From Lingula anatina (lineage: Eukaryota; Animalia; Brachiopoda), in the NCBI GenBank assembly GCA_051362555.1, contig CM120645.1, positions 18,166,001-18,230,000 of the forward strand: a stretch of DNA of 64,000 nt, read 5' to 3'. This document shows, in pieces, positions 15,101-26,519 of the stretch (the stretch's first letter is position 1; each line of letters opens with the position of its first letter). The position numbers and the translations under genes are program-made. The notes under the pieces are model-generated. The model worked only from the letters and a program-made list of their open reading frames with translations, searched no databases and had not been told where the DNA came from.

Positions 15101-18100
15101 TCTATCTGTCTGTCTGCCTGTCTGTTTGTCTGTTTGTTTGTTTGTTTGTTTTTGAGGGAGGGTAACTATGTCTACCAATGCTTTTTTTAAATTGTTTTCT
15201 TTTTTTAAAGTCTTATTAATTTTTTTTCTTGTGTATTTTATTTTTTATGACATCATATTCTTTGTTTTTGAAAATCTTATCTTGTCTGTTTTGATTTTCA
15301 GTCTCGTCTCATCTTATAGCCTATGGGTAATAGTGCGCTTGCAATGGAGTTTGTTCCAGTGCATTATTGGGTCGTTTGGGTCGTTTCCTTTGAACGGGTT
15401 CTTTTAATGTTTTATCAAACAGCTTTCTTTAGGCCCCGCCAAGGGACGGTCGACTCCGCTGGTAATGGTGGGCGGTCGTTGCGGTGAACCTATAGTCCTA
15501 TATGGCGGAGGGAGTGCTGAGAGATGTGTAGAAGTAGTCTTCATATACACTGTTTCAGCAACCATAGGGTAATGGTACTGTCCTTCTTGTGTTTTTTGTC
15601 GTTTCCAGTATGATTGTTTCTCGAGGGACAGTTCATCATTCAAATCAATCTTTTCGTCCAAGGTAAGGTCATCTCTTTTCCACAACTTGCGTTGGTCTGC
15701 TTCTGTTTTATCAGTTATTTTGGTAAACGGTTGCGCCTTATATTTCTCCTCTTGTAAATACTTTACAGTCTCTGATTGGTACTCATCATCGTTGTTTTCC
15801 TCGGGAAATACACCAACGCGTAGACGACATTCATCTGGAGTGTCTTGCTTTAGATCGATGAAGAGGTAGCCATGAGGAGGAAAGGTTGCTTGTTTAAAAA
15901 CTCGGAGGAAATCTTTTACCTCACCGGGATACATATGCTGGCCTAGTGTTCTGACCTGCAATGTGTCCCTTGGGTTTTGACGAGATAATGGCAGTTCAAG
16001 GAGATGGTTCTTACTTCCTCCTCTCAGGGAAAAAGATTTTGGGTAATAAGGATGACGCTGACGTTGCGATGATGTGACACTTTGGTAAATAAGTCGCGTA
16101 TTCTGCTATCAACCGCTGCTTTGGCAAATAGGTCGTCAAATACTATGGGATTGTTCACATTAGGATCAAAGAAATCGTTATCTTGGATATTGGAAGGAAT
16201 GCCTTGGTGAAATGTAATAAAACCCTTTGACTCGACCAGCATGGATATTGGAAGGAATGCCTTGGTGAAATGTAATAAAACCCTTTGACTCGACCAGCAT
16301 GACTTCATATAAATGTTGCCACATATCGTAACACCAAATTATAATCTGTGGGCGTGGTGAAATCATTGATTGAGAAATGTTCACAGGTTGTAGACACACA
16401 CAATAAATAACAGTCGCCTATTTAAGTGTCGAGTTTCTTTTCTGTGTTTAGCGGTGAAAAAAAAGGCGCCTGATTATTAAGTTTAATTTTTTCGTGATAG
16501 ATGTAGATCACTCTGAAATTCACCAAAGAAACATCCGTGACATTGGCCTTAGGCTATTATAAAAGATTACACAATTGCAATTGCATGGTTTTTAAAAGTA
16601 GTCAGTACATGAATAAAAATAACAGGTATACGTAAGATACTCACAACAGTTGTGTACACGGACCCCATCCTGCGGACAGTCCCAGAAAGAGCTCTCATGT
16701 CCATTGCATCTCACGTTGTTCAGAAGAATACAACCAGTGCCACTGCCTCTGCTATATACTTTGGTACACGTTTGATATCCCAACATCCTGGCAACAACTC
16801 TGTTGTTGTTGTTGTTGTTGTAGTAGTAGTAGGAGCTACCCCAGCCATTCTGACAAACGGTGCCAAAACTACTTGAAAGGAGAAAATAACACGTTCTCTT
16901 TAACAAACATTTGTAGAGATGGATATTCAGGCTATAGTAGGAAGTCAGGTTCAGATGGGGGCTAACAATTCAAAACGATTAAAAAATAACGCCTGTCTTT
17001 GGTCGTGCGGGTGGGGTGGGGTGGGGTGAGAATCTTGCATTTATAACTGATGTATTTAAATATGTGAGAGGGGGTAGTAATTTCGCTTTGCCTCCTACCA
17101 CCTCGGCTCCTATGGTGATAAGCCAAATAATGATAAAACGTACTCTTTATGTGGTTTACCAGCCAATATTAATGTTCGACGGGAATAACGTTTTCTCCTA
17201 CTCTCGAAACATTACTCGAATGCACTTGGATCCAACGTATAACATAAATTCAATTTTTATTTTTTGGCATAGTTCTAAAAAACTGGACAGCAGCAACTAT
17301 TGTTGTAACAGTTTGTAAGGTCTGAATTGGGAGATATTAATTGCTTTGCAGGAAATGTTGACAGATTTCATTCCACAAACCTCGAGGTGAGAGTTTTGTT
17401 ACGTCATTTTCTTATTATAAAAACTAGAGTTGTAACACATAATTAACATTTTGTAACTTACAAAAAAGAATAATAAACTAGACTGCAACTGGCAAAAGAC
17501 AGTGTCGGAGAATTCCCCTGCAAAATAGGCGTGGAAATGCTCATACAAGGTCATGTGAAGGTCATGGGTTTAATTTGATCCCATATTCTGAAAGAGCATG
17601 TGCGAATTGGGGGGGGGGTGTCAACAAAACATCACTTTTAGGTCACTTCAATATTTCTCCATGATATAGCCGAATAACCTTGAAAATGAGGGTCAAGGTC
17701 AAATTTGACATTTGATTTGGGGGTGTTGGGTATATGTTTGGGGTAGTTAACTATAGCATGATATCAAAAAAAATCAGAATTTCATGGAGAAATTGACAAA
17801 GTCACTATTTCTGTGAAATTATTAATATTTAAAAATCTATATTAAAAAAATAAATCAGTCAATTGTCAATATTATTAGCGACTGCACTGGTCAGATATCT
17901 AGGGCAACTTTTTACATCATCCTTGTGGCTCTGTGACATCTGGTTTACCCCCTGCCGAGTGTCAACCACCTGGAGCATATGGTGCAATAGGTTGACCTTG
18001 ACCTGACCTACTTTCCTAAAATTGGATCACATGATATAGAATCAATGTGTGACCTCACCTATGAAAGGATTTGTCAAAATGTTGAAAATTCTATGAGATG

Positions 18101-19626
18101 TTGCATTTTGAAATTTGCAAAATGTTCACTTTAAAAGGCTTTGTGACCTTGAAAATTAGGTCAAGGTCAATGAAATTGGGTGGACCGGAATAACTTTTCA
18201 TAGGCTATCAGTATGAATTTTTTTCAGAATTTTAGAAAGAATTTTTTGACGAAAAATAATAAGAAGAAGAAGAACTAGACTGCAACTGGCTGAAGCCAGT
18301 GGCGGAGGATTCCCCTGCAAAATAGGTGTGGAAATGCTCTTACAAGGTCATGTGAAGGTCATGGGTTAAATTTGACCCCATATTATGAAAGGGCATGTGC
18401 GAATTGGGGGCGGGGGGTCAAGAAAACATCACTTTTAGCCCACTTCAATATTTCTCCATGAAATAGCCGAATAACCTTGAAAATGAGGGTCAAGGTCAAA
18501 TTTGACATTTGATTTGGGGGTGTTGGGTATATGTTTGGGGTAGTTTACTATAGCATTATATCACAAAAAATCAGGATTTCATGGAGAAATTGACAGTCAC
18601 TATTTCTGTGAAATTATTAATATTTAAAAATCTATATTAAAAAACTAATCAGTCAATTGTCAATATTATTAGATACTGCACTGGATATATATCTAGGGCA
18701 ACTTTTTACATCATCCTTGTGGCTCTGTGACATCTGGTTTACCCCTGCCGAGTGTCAACCTCCTGGAGCATATCGTGCAATAATTTTGACCTTGACCCGA
18801 CCTACTTTCCTAAAATTGGGTCATATGATAAAGAATCATTGTGTGACCTCACCTATGAAAGGATTTGTCAAAATGTTGAAAATTCTAGGAGATATTGCAT
18901 TTTGAAATTTGCAAAAATTTCACTCTAAAAGGCATTGTGACCTTGAAAATTAGGTCAAGGTCAAAAAAATTGGGTGGACCGAAATAACTTTTCATGGACA
19001 ATCAGTATGAATTTTTTTCAGAATTTTAGACAGAAATTTTTTGACGAAAAATAATAAGAAGAAGAAGAAGAAGAAGAAGAAGAATAACAAGAAAAACAAT
19101 AATATTCCCCAATAGGAATCCTAATAAGAACAGAAAAAACAATAGTATTCCCCTATGGAGAATCCTAATAAGAACAGCAAAAACAATAGTATTCCCCTAT
19201 GGGGAATCCTAATAAAATATGAAAAAGAAAAAGAGCGCTCCAAAAACACAAAGACATTCTACACTGCAGATACCTTGCAGGCACCATCGAACCAAACAGG
19301 TGGCTGCTTATCATCCCTTTCAACATTGGGTGGGTCTGCAGCCGTGAAAAGGATACGTTTGTCCGGTTGTCCCACTGCCAAAAGCCGTCCCTCAACGCGC
19401 ACGCCGACAGCCAGGTCGATTTTAACGCCAGGTTCTACATTCAGCGTTACCCCCTGCGGTAGTGTGATGGAATTGTTGACGTGGAACGGTTGATCTGATA
19501 AACGTAACGTCAGATCCGCGGTAGGCGAGGTGTCTATGACGGTATAAGCATTCGAAAGCGCCGAACGAGTCCCGAAAATTATGAAAAAAAGGAGAGTAAT
19601 TTCCCTCCAACTCCGGCCGGTTCCAT
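193..19626 (-). CDS. Large multi-exon Bark beetle/Anakonda-like protein (signal peptide, beta-helix/SRCR/CUB repeats, C-type lectin, 2 EGF, PSI); 3'-incomplete at the window edge; several frame disruptions
   Basis: GT-AG exons read manually (approx.): 19626-19274, ~16872-16645, 13245-12696, 12436-12172, 12008-10289, 9616-7275, 7087-6271, ~5470-5360, 5206-5084, 4605-4497, 4262-4081, 3820-3617, 3259-3158, 367-193. The module 'L.....P(F/Y).V...(L/I)T/V....TL.IEPGV.......G..V.GRL...G....I.FT' occurs 3 times and the 'NxWG' motif 3 times (SRNYWG, RYNTWG, SSNWWG), as in Bark-type beta-helix units. Confidence 0.8.
440..2896. mobile_element. Putative non-autonomous Kolobok-like DNA transposon in an intron
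   Basis: TTAA on both sides (436-439, 2897-2900). AG...CT termini with imperfect TIR (AGGGTTTGCTTCATG vs AGGACAATGTTCATG). Internal minus-strand MPRCVAVG at 2593 resembles a THAP N-terminus. Confidence 0.45.
3617..3820 (-). CDS. PSI-like domain exon
   Basis: GRACSVSYCPVYSTCRSCTEQPGCGWCDHKQRCLPG...CGTWFYHDC (C..C..C.....CGWC....C signature). Splice sites intact. Confidence 0.8.
4081..4262 (-). CDS. Exon with two tenascin-type EGF repeats
   Basis: NECPNGCTYNGRCGKDKRCHCNRGWEGKDCSVYHCRDRNKCGQYGTCVGPNQCRCQPGWQ, bounded by CATAG and GTAAAC. Confidence 0.85.
4497..5470 (-). CDS. C-type lectin-like domain exons
   Basis: SCPLGW....VCYLY....KT(F)TQARASCE|GQYSMLVNL...GIW...|EDGKC...DDCFSLSPYICKR across three GT-AG exons. 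Confidence 0.75.
6271..12008 (-). CDS. Three large exons (12008-10289, 9616-7275, 7087-6271) of parallel beta-helix repeats with a degenerate SRCR-like and a CUB-like segment
   Basis: Long Asn/Ile/Gly-rich ORFs (318, 449, 229 aa and others) with N-x-F-x-N-N periodicity, linked across small frameshifts. GT/AG boundaries found. Confidence 0.8.
12172..13245 (-). CDS. Exons 3-4: end of SRCR, beta-helix segment and CUB-like domain
   Basis: WSGIEL...LQYVDIEFAG beta-helix motif; CUB-like LDIFDGNSSSSRRL...TTGGSVLLLF. Canonical splice sites at 13245, 12696, 12436, 12172. Confidence 0.75.
13765..14678 (+). mobile_element. Degenerate 3' end of an L2/CR1-group LINE
   Basis: ACVHELRSWLKSNNLVFNDDKTEFVHF...IRVGDSVI, later IQNSAARL...HITPVLHGLHWLP and TYGHRSLEIAAPILW. 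Ends in a (TAT)n tail. Contains stops and frameshifts. Confidence 0.85.
14944..15152. repeat. Compound tetranucleotide microsatellite (TTTG)n/(TCTG)n
   Basis: Directly visible ~210-bp array; it explains the CLSV/CLFV pseudo-ORFs. Confidence 0.95.
15404..16400 (-). pseudogene. Polinton/Maverick (adintovirus-like) DNA-packaging ATPase fragment
   Basis: PRPQIIIWCYDMWQHLYE...F.QGIP...IVFDDL (Walker B)...DLFTK.SHHRNVSVILITQNLFP...QVRTLGQHMYPG...F.QAT..PHGYLFIDLKQDTPDECRLR. Walker A missing; frameshifts; 57-bp tandem duplication near 16184-16300. Confidence 0.8.
16645..16872 (-). CDS. SRCR-domain exon
   Basis: FGTVCQNGW...VVARMLGY...GSGTGCILLNNVRCNGHESSFWDCP....VHNC, completed by VHSQDVWLQC in the next exon. 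Donor GTGAGT. Contains an in-frame (TAC)n(AAC)n microsatellite encoding YYYYNNNNNN. Confidence 0.85.
17477..19214 (-). mobile_element. Tandem dimer (~800-bp units) of a Helentron-associated, DINE-1/HINE-like element
   Basis: Units start AACTAGACTGCAACTGGC at 17477 and ~18273. Minus-strand 3' end is GGGGAATCC subTIR, then hairpin ACTGGC-TTCA-GCCAGT, then CTAGTT. The 5' end has hairpin ATTCCCC-TAT-GGGGAAT (three variant copies, 19100-19214) next to an (AAG)n microsatellite. Confidence 0.7.
19274..19626 (-). CDS. Exon 1: signal peptide and first beta-helix module
   Basis: ATG at 19626 reads MEPAGVGGKLLSFF and joins IIFGTRSALSNAYTVIDTSPTADLTLRLSDQPFHVNNSITLPQGVTLNVEPGV if the A7 run at 19584-19590 were A8. 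Donor AAG|GTATCT at 19273. Confidence 0.75.
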
Positions 19627-19786
19627 GTCTCACCTTCGAGTGAGGTTATTTAATCATATAATTTATCGTTATACTTCCAATGAAAAGCATATCTTATCAA
19701 CAAGGAAAGTTAGAAGATCAACATTTCTATCTTGTTCAAATTAACGATGGCTGACTTAGTGACTTAGTGATTGCAAATATATTTAA

Positions 19787-21785
19787 AGGGATAATAACTC
19801 TTCGTGTGATATCTACAGGGTTACTACTTAATATGGAATATTATTTTTTGGCAAGAAAATTTTCTACAAAATATTTATTTTCTCTCCAACTACTTTAAAT
19901 CCAAAAATGAGGTGTCACTCCATGTGTAGCCAGGTGTGTTACCTAATTACCACACAATTCTCGAGGCAATTGATGCATGCAGTTGCATGTTCTGTGGTCA
20001 GAAATGTGAGGGGTGGTCTTTTCGGCAGTTTCTGCCCTTGTATAAAAACGCATGGGTTCGTTCAATCTTTGGAGTGTGTTTAGAGAAGCAACAAAGGGAT
20101 CGCTCTGAAACTTGACAGGTACCTTAGTGAAGATATGGTTCGACAGCTAAGCAACGCAGCTTACTATGGGATTCTTTCTCTCAGAGAAAATTGCCAGAAA
20201 CCGACAGCCATTGCCAGGTAATTCAACATTTATCTGGAACCGTTAGTTAAGTCCTCCAAAGAAATGCTGCAACAGGGGCACCTACTCCAATAACTCTACC
20301 AGGGTGTCCGCGTATCACACCAAGAAGACAGGATCGCCTTCTCCTTAGAGTGCGCCGTGCTGGTCGTACAAAGACAACCAGTGTCCTCAGAAAAGAATGG
20401 CAGGATGCCATTCAAAAACCCGTTTCAAGGTCCCTCGTGAACAAGAGATCACTGCAAGCCGGTTATTTTGCACGAAGACCAGTAGGGAAACCACTGTTAA
20501 CAGCAGGTCATATACAGCGACGTCTGCAATGGGCTGGGGACCACGTGCGTTTTCAGCCAAAACTCTGGAATCACGTCGTTTTCGGTGATGAGGCCAGATA
20601 TGGAGTTTTTAGGGATGACGGTCGAATCCGTATCCGCCGACGTGTACGAGAGGCATAACACGATGATTGTGCACTGCCTAGGGTGCAAGCAGGGGGTGGT
20701 AACGTCTCTGTTTTTGGAGCATTTCATGCCGGTGACCAGAACCAGTTGGTTTTTTTAGGAGGCAACCTCAACCAGGGTTCCTACAGAGACATTCTACAGT
20801 AAACAATGCTTCGATTTGTAAGAGTCATCTTCATGAACAACTTTGTGTATCAAGACGACTGCGCATTCACACATCGGGACCGCAGAATCACTGTTTTTCT
20901 TCGAAACCAGTCGATTCAGCAACTGCCCTGGCGTGCAAACTCCCCAGATATGAACCCAATTGAAAATCTGTGGGCGGAAGTAACTCACAGAATTAATAGC
21001 TATGGTCATCGGCCGGTAAATGTGGATGAACTACGACAGGCAAATATCACTGCATGGAATGATATCCCCATCCAAACTCCAAAAAACTTGTCACAGGGTA
21101 TGCCATGTAGGATGAGGGCGCTGCAAGCGGCTGCTGGAGGTGATATCCGCTATTGATGACTTTTCATGATTTACTGCAATGTGTTCTTTGACTGTGTAAT
21201 ATATCACTGTCCGGAGGCTATCATTTTCTTTAATATCATAGCTTAAAATAATATTGACATCAAACTGTTGATATGGTTTTCTGGGGCTGTTCTTTTCTTT
21301 TGAATGACGTCTTATGTCAGATTTGATATTATTGACCAAAATATCTCACAATAGAAGACTGGATATTTTTATCACTCAATGACATACTTTTTTTGATGAA
21401 TTAAGCCAAAAGATTTATAATCACCACTCAAAAATAACAATGATAAAAAATATTCCATATTAAGTAGTAACCCTGTATATTTCACAATAAAAATATTGTG
21501 AACAACTCATAGAAATATAACATATTCTGTTTTACCACAAAAACGGCAGTTATAGCTATTATTCAGATATCTGAGCTTGTCTTCAGATCACGTGACCTCC
21601 ATTGATGGCTGTACTCAGTTATAATCTCTTAAGAGATTTTAACAAAAAACCAAACTGTTTAGAAAAAAACCAGGGACTAACTTTCAATGTAAAAATGGAT
21701 TCATTAACCATTGGTTAGTACGGAAAAATTGTTGTTTACTCCAGGAAAATTCATTTTTTGGCCAAAACGAAGAGTTATTATCCCT
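19787..21785. mobile_element. Kolobok-type MITE (~340 bp) interrupted by a Tc1 insertion
   Basis: Perfect 19-bp TIR AGGGATAATAACTCTTCGT / ACGAAGAGTTATTATCCCT with TTAA on both sides. Related ends recur at ~46465, ~47696 and 48864-49492. Confidence 0.8.
19816..21475 (+). mobile_element. Tc1-family (DD34E) transposon with defective transposase
   Basis: TIR CAGGGTTACTACTTAATATGGAATAT and TA TSDs. Transposase ~20135-21156 with VFGDEARY, YQDDCA-34 aa-SPDMNPIENLW. Internal stops and frameshifts. Confidence 0.93.
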
Positions 21786-22437
21786 TTAATCAAATTTGAA
21801 ACAAGACATCACAGGAAAATAGTTTAAAATATAATATTACCATCATTGTTTTTTTCTAGTGCAAAAAAGAAAAATGGTTTTCTTTCAACCAATTAAGTTA
21901 TTTTCTTCCACCCAAATGTTTATGCTTTGCCATAGCGATCTTTATGTTTGTTTAAAAACATGCACAAGATACCAACATCCTTCTCGCTTTATAGTGTAGG
22001 AATTATTTTATCCACCCTTTTTGTAAACGCGTGCGTACATGCAGGGTCAGATGCGGTGAACTTATTTCAACCATTCTAAAAGGTCAAAAAGACACTATTG
22101 CGCTCACAGAAGAAAGCCCCCCCCCCTCCCCTGACCCTTTGAACAAGAACTTGATCTCTATGGATACGTCGCCAAAAGTGTACATCCCTCTATGAAAGTG
22201 AACACACACCCATCATGTACTGCCTTGCCCCAATGTCCCACTGACAATGTATTTAACACAACAAATACCGATAATGATATGAGTGATATAGTTTGTATGA
22301 TTTTTCTTTTTATGTATATTGCAGGCTAGATTCACAATGGTCCTAAAACAAATGTAGAGAGAAAACCTACTTAATATTTATTTATCCCGAATAACAGAAG
22401 CTTAGTGTAGTACGTTTGTCTCAATCTCCACTATTTA

Positions 22438-23017
22438 CAGAGTGGTCAAAAATTATTACCTTCCATCTCAATTATGATATAAATAAGATATTTCCAACTT
22501 TATTTCACCAAAGTGTTCCATTTGGATGACCATTTATCCTTGCAAATTCTGCAGAAATTGATACCTTTAAGGTAGCCAAATTTCAATCATCATCACCTCA
22601 CGCCGCACGGACTTTCCTTGGCCACCCTCTTCACCAGATCTCAACCCCCCAGATTTCCTCCTTTGGTGGTCACCTTAAGGAAAGAATTTCTGTTTAAATG
22701 CCACAAACTCTAGACTCTCTGAAGACCAACATTCGAGAAAAAGTAAGGAACAGTCCGGCTGACATGATTGCAATAGCAAATGCAAAATTTCAACGTTAGT
22801 GTGGCTGCCGTTATTCAGCAGCGAGGAGTGTGGATAGAGCACATTATCAATTATTGAAATTTGACTACTTAGGTTTCTAATTTTCGCAGAATGTGGAAGG
22901 ATAAAATAATCATCTTTATGGGAAAATTTGGCGAAAGAAAGTTGGGAATATCTTAATTAAATGTACATCAAAATTGAGATGGAAAGTTAAATAGGTAGTT
23001 TTTTATGGACCACCCTG
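22438..23017. mobile_element. Tc1/mariner-type MITE
   Basis: TA flanks. Imperfect TIR CAGAGTGGTCAAAAATTATTACCT vs CAGGGTGGTCCATAAAAAACTACCT. Confidence 0.7.
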
Positions 23018-23159
23018 TATACATCTGTGTTGGGTTTCCAATGACGACGTGCTCACAACATGGCATCGATTCAACCAGGAAGGTTAAAAGTTACCAATAG
23101 ATATGTGAACGCGTGGGAAAGCGGTGGAAAAGGAATGACACCGGCTGAAACGCTACTTA

Positions 23160-23520
23160 GGGACCGGTCATTATTTAAGTTAGAGGGGGAGGTGGAGGAG
23201 AAAATGTGGGCCCTGAAAATTTCCGAGCAAATATTGGGGGGTCTTGAAATTTGCAAATGACAGATAAGGGGTTCTCGAGAAAAATTATTTTTGTGACTTG
23301 TCGTACAAGACATAGTGAAAGATATAAATTTCACACTGCTTTTTCACTAGTTTTATTGAGGGAGTGGCCGAGTTATTCAATCAATGTGGAAGGGAGATCC
23401 TGAAAAATTTGAATGCTATCAGGGATTTTTTCAATTTTTTTTTTTTTTTTTTTTTTTGGGGGGGGGGATTGACATTTTCCCCTCTCCCCCCCCCCTCCAA
23501 CTCAAATAATGAGCGGTCCC
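23160..23520. mobile_element. PIF/Harbinger-type MITE
   Basis: TTA TSD both sides. TIR GGGACCGGTCATTATTTAAGTT vs GGGACCGCTCATTATTTGAGTT. Confidence 0.8.
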
Positions 23521-23665
23521 TTAGTGATGCATTAACTTAAACTATATAACATTATGACCTTGGTCTAGACCAGGAAACTTGACGGCTTCATTACTCGGTG
23601 GTTTTGATTAATAACACTAATCTAAACACAATACCTTTAAGACATTTCACCCTCCTTAAAACACA

Positions 23666-24230
23666 ATGATATTACAGAGGTGAAGTATATTGCTATGATA
23701 TTACAGAGGTGAAGTGTATTGCTATAATATTACAGAGGTGAAGTATATTGCTATGATATTACTGAGGTGAAGTATATTGCTATGATATTACAGAGGTGAA
23801 GTGTATTGCTATAATATTACAGAGGTGAAGTATATTGCTATGATATTACTGAGGTGAAGTATATTGCTATGATATTACAGAGGTGAAGTGTATTGCTATA
23901 ATATTACAGAGGTGAAGTATATTGCTATGATATTACAGAGGTGAAGTGTATTGCTATGATATTACAGAGGTGAAGTATATTGCTATGATATTACTGAGGT
24001 GAAGTATATTGCTATGATATTACAGAGGTGAAGTGTATTGCTATAATGTTACTGAGGTGAAGTATATTGCTATGATATTACAGAGGTGAAGTGTATTGCT
24101 ATAATATTAGAGAGGTGAAGTATATTGCTATGATATTACATAGGTCAAGTATATTGCTATATTATTACAGAGGTGAAGTACATTGCTATGATATTACAGT
24201 GGTGAAGTACACGTATATTGCTATGATATT
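23666..24230. repeat. 29-bp minisatellite, about 19 copies
   Basis: Head-to-tail ATTACAGAGGTGAAGTATATTGCTATGAT with a few recurrent variants; no spacers. Confidence 0.95.
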
Positions 24231-26519
24231 CGTACTGAAATTCTCCTTAACGAGTGCTCAAGAACCTTTAGAGATTATTTATTGAGAAATTATATTTGCA
24301 CTTTAGAAGCGTTGTTTTTTTTCAATAACTACACACATAAAGTCCATGTAAGCATATATTTTACTTTATCAACCCACATTAATGTACAAACTACATGTAG
24401 CGCATTGAAATGGGCAGTAGAGAAGATGTGTTAACAAATGGAACAAAAGGTATCTAAAATATATATCCGGGAAAGATTATCCCAAGAGTGACGGCACGCT
24501 TATTGGTCCATGAAAATAATTGCTGGTTGGTTCAAATGAAGAGAATTGTCGAATTGTGGTCGGGATTTTGCCAGTTCTTTAAATGAACATGACTCTCGCT
24601 CTTCGACAGAACAGGGCCCCGTAACTCCAAAGCATTGCGCATTGCGACCGAGCGAAAGCGTCTAGATTCCATAACTCACCCATACTCGCCCCTTATGGGG
24701 GTTATGGAATTGAGACTCTTGCGCTGGGTCGCAATGCGTGATGCTTTCCAGAACAGCAACCCCTCAGCCCCCCCCCCCCCCCCCCCACCCCACACTCCAG
24801 GACTAACAAAACATAAATAACAACACAAACACTCCCAAAATCTTTTGACATGTGTCGGTCATAAGTATTCATGAAGTCAACGATAAAAGGAAGTTTATCG
24901 ATAATTGAACGAAGCTGCGTCCCGTTTCCCATATGATAATTCGTACACGTTAGGGGTAGTTGAAGTATTGGGGTTAGTATATGGGACGAATGTCACCTGT
25001 ACAAAGCAATGGGGAACGGACTACAGTTCCTAGCACACTACCCATCCTGTACACTGTCCTCTTTGAACAGAATTTTTTTGGAAACAGGCCACTTGTAAGA
25101 TTTTACTGTAGTTAAGCGACCTCTTGTTGTGCACGTTCATTTACACCAGTACATGCTACCGCATAAGTTGTAATAAATATTAAATTGTACATAACAGGTA
25201 ATCTAACTGCAGAACGCCTGTCTTGATAGTGGCATATTTACAGTGATAGGTCCACCTTTAAATATATCTTAATGGATCATTATGTTAATATTTAACAAAT
25301 CATGCAATAGATTTTACAACATATCATCCCTTTATGAACCAGACTCTCTGCTCTGTTGCCACCATGTCCCTGCCGCAAAGACAGCGTCATGGTTTCATAT
25401 GTGGTCAACCCTAGGACCTTCTACCCGCGTCCTTGGTCAAACTTACACATGTACAATCCTCATTGTCACTTGGAAGGGCTGAAAGCAGACCAGGCAGTTA
25501 AGTTTGGGGTGTTACTAAAAACAACCTAGTCAAGCAAAGCTAATTAAACGAGTCGCGTGCACATGCTAGCTATATTCCATTAAAATCAATTTACAAGTCT
25601 GATGATCATCTGTTCAGACTACAATAGGGAAAAACATGTAATTCCACATCTGCTGTTTGTTTTTTCATTCTTTTTTTAGCCCAGTAGGGATACTCAAGTG
25701 CTCATAGAGTGACCGAATGCTAACAGGTAAGATGGAATATTAGTCTAAACGTGGCCCTTTATATGTATAAAGAATAGATAACATTCCAATTTTAGCCAAA
25801 AAATGACTAAATAAATAAACAAAAACATAAAATAAATAATAATAAATAAATAGCACAAAAAATATAATATAAATACATGTAGGGCCTATAGCCTTCAATT
25901 TCTTTCTCATTAGCTTGTGAAATGGACATTCCCAAATTGTTTCCCCAAATTGTTCCCCAGGGCCTAACTGGCCCAAAACTAAAGTCGCGAAGTGTGCCAA
26001 TAGTACCAAAGGTGGACGGCATACTTTCTACTACTCTACGGGCCCTGTATTGGTTGATCGACTTTATAACTACAGTTAAATTGGTATACTGCTTCAAAGT
26101 CAGGGGCCTCAAGTACAGTTATCACTGTTACAAGGTACTCTTTTTTCATATAAATGAGATTCAAGAAATTTGGACAGTTTTGAAATAAGTGTATTCAGTA
26201 CAAAAAGTTTCGAGTATTTTAAAAAAATTATTATGATACTCCGGAGAAATTATAAGAAAATGATCATATCAGCGCCCTCTATCATTTATCGTTGTCTTCA
26301 CTAGCACAATATGATGAAATTCATGGACACCGTCACAATCATGTTGAGATAGACTCTGAAGTCAAATACTGTAGCATTAACCCTGTTGTAACTCAACTTC
26401 CTCTATTCTCCCGGACCATTACATACCTGTCAACATTGACAATTGCCAGAGAGGGAGATTCCCGCGCACGCCTTACGTCCCCCATCCCTACACACATACA
26501 CACCCACACACACAACTAA

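Noticed and set aside
14935-15190. Cys/Leu/Val-rich membrane-like ORFs
   Set aside because: Translation of a tetranucleotide microsatellite.
23666-24230. CRISPR-like 29-bp repeats
   Set aside because: Units are contiguous with no unique spacers, there are no cas genes, and the context is eukaryotic.
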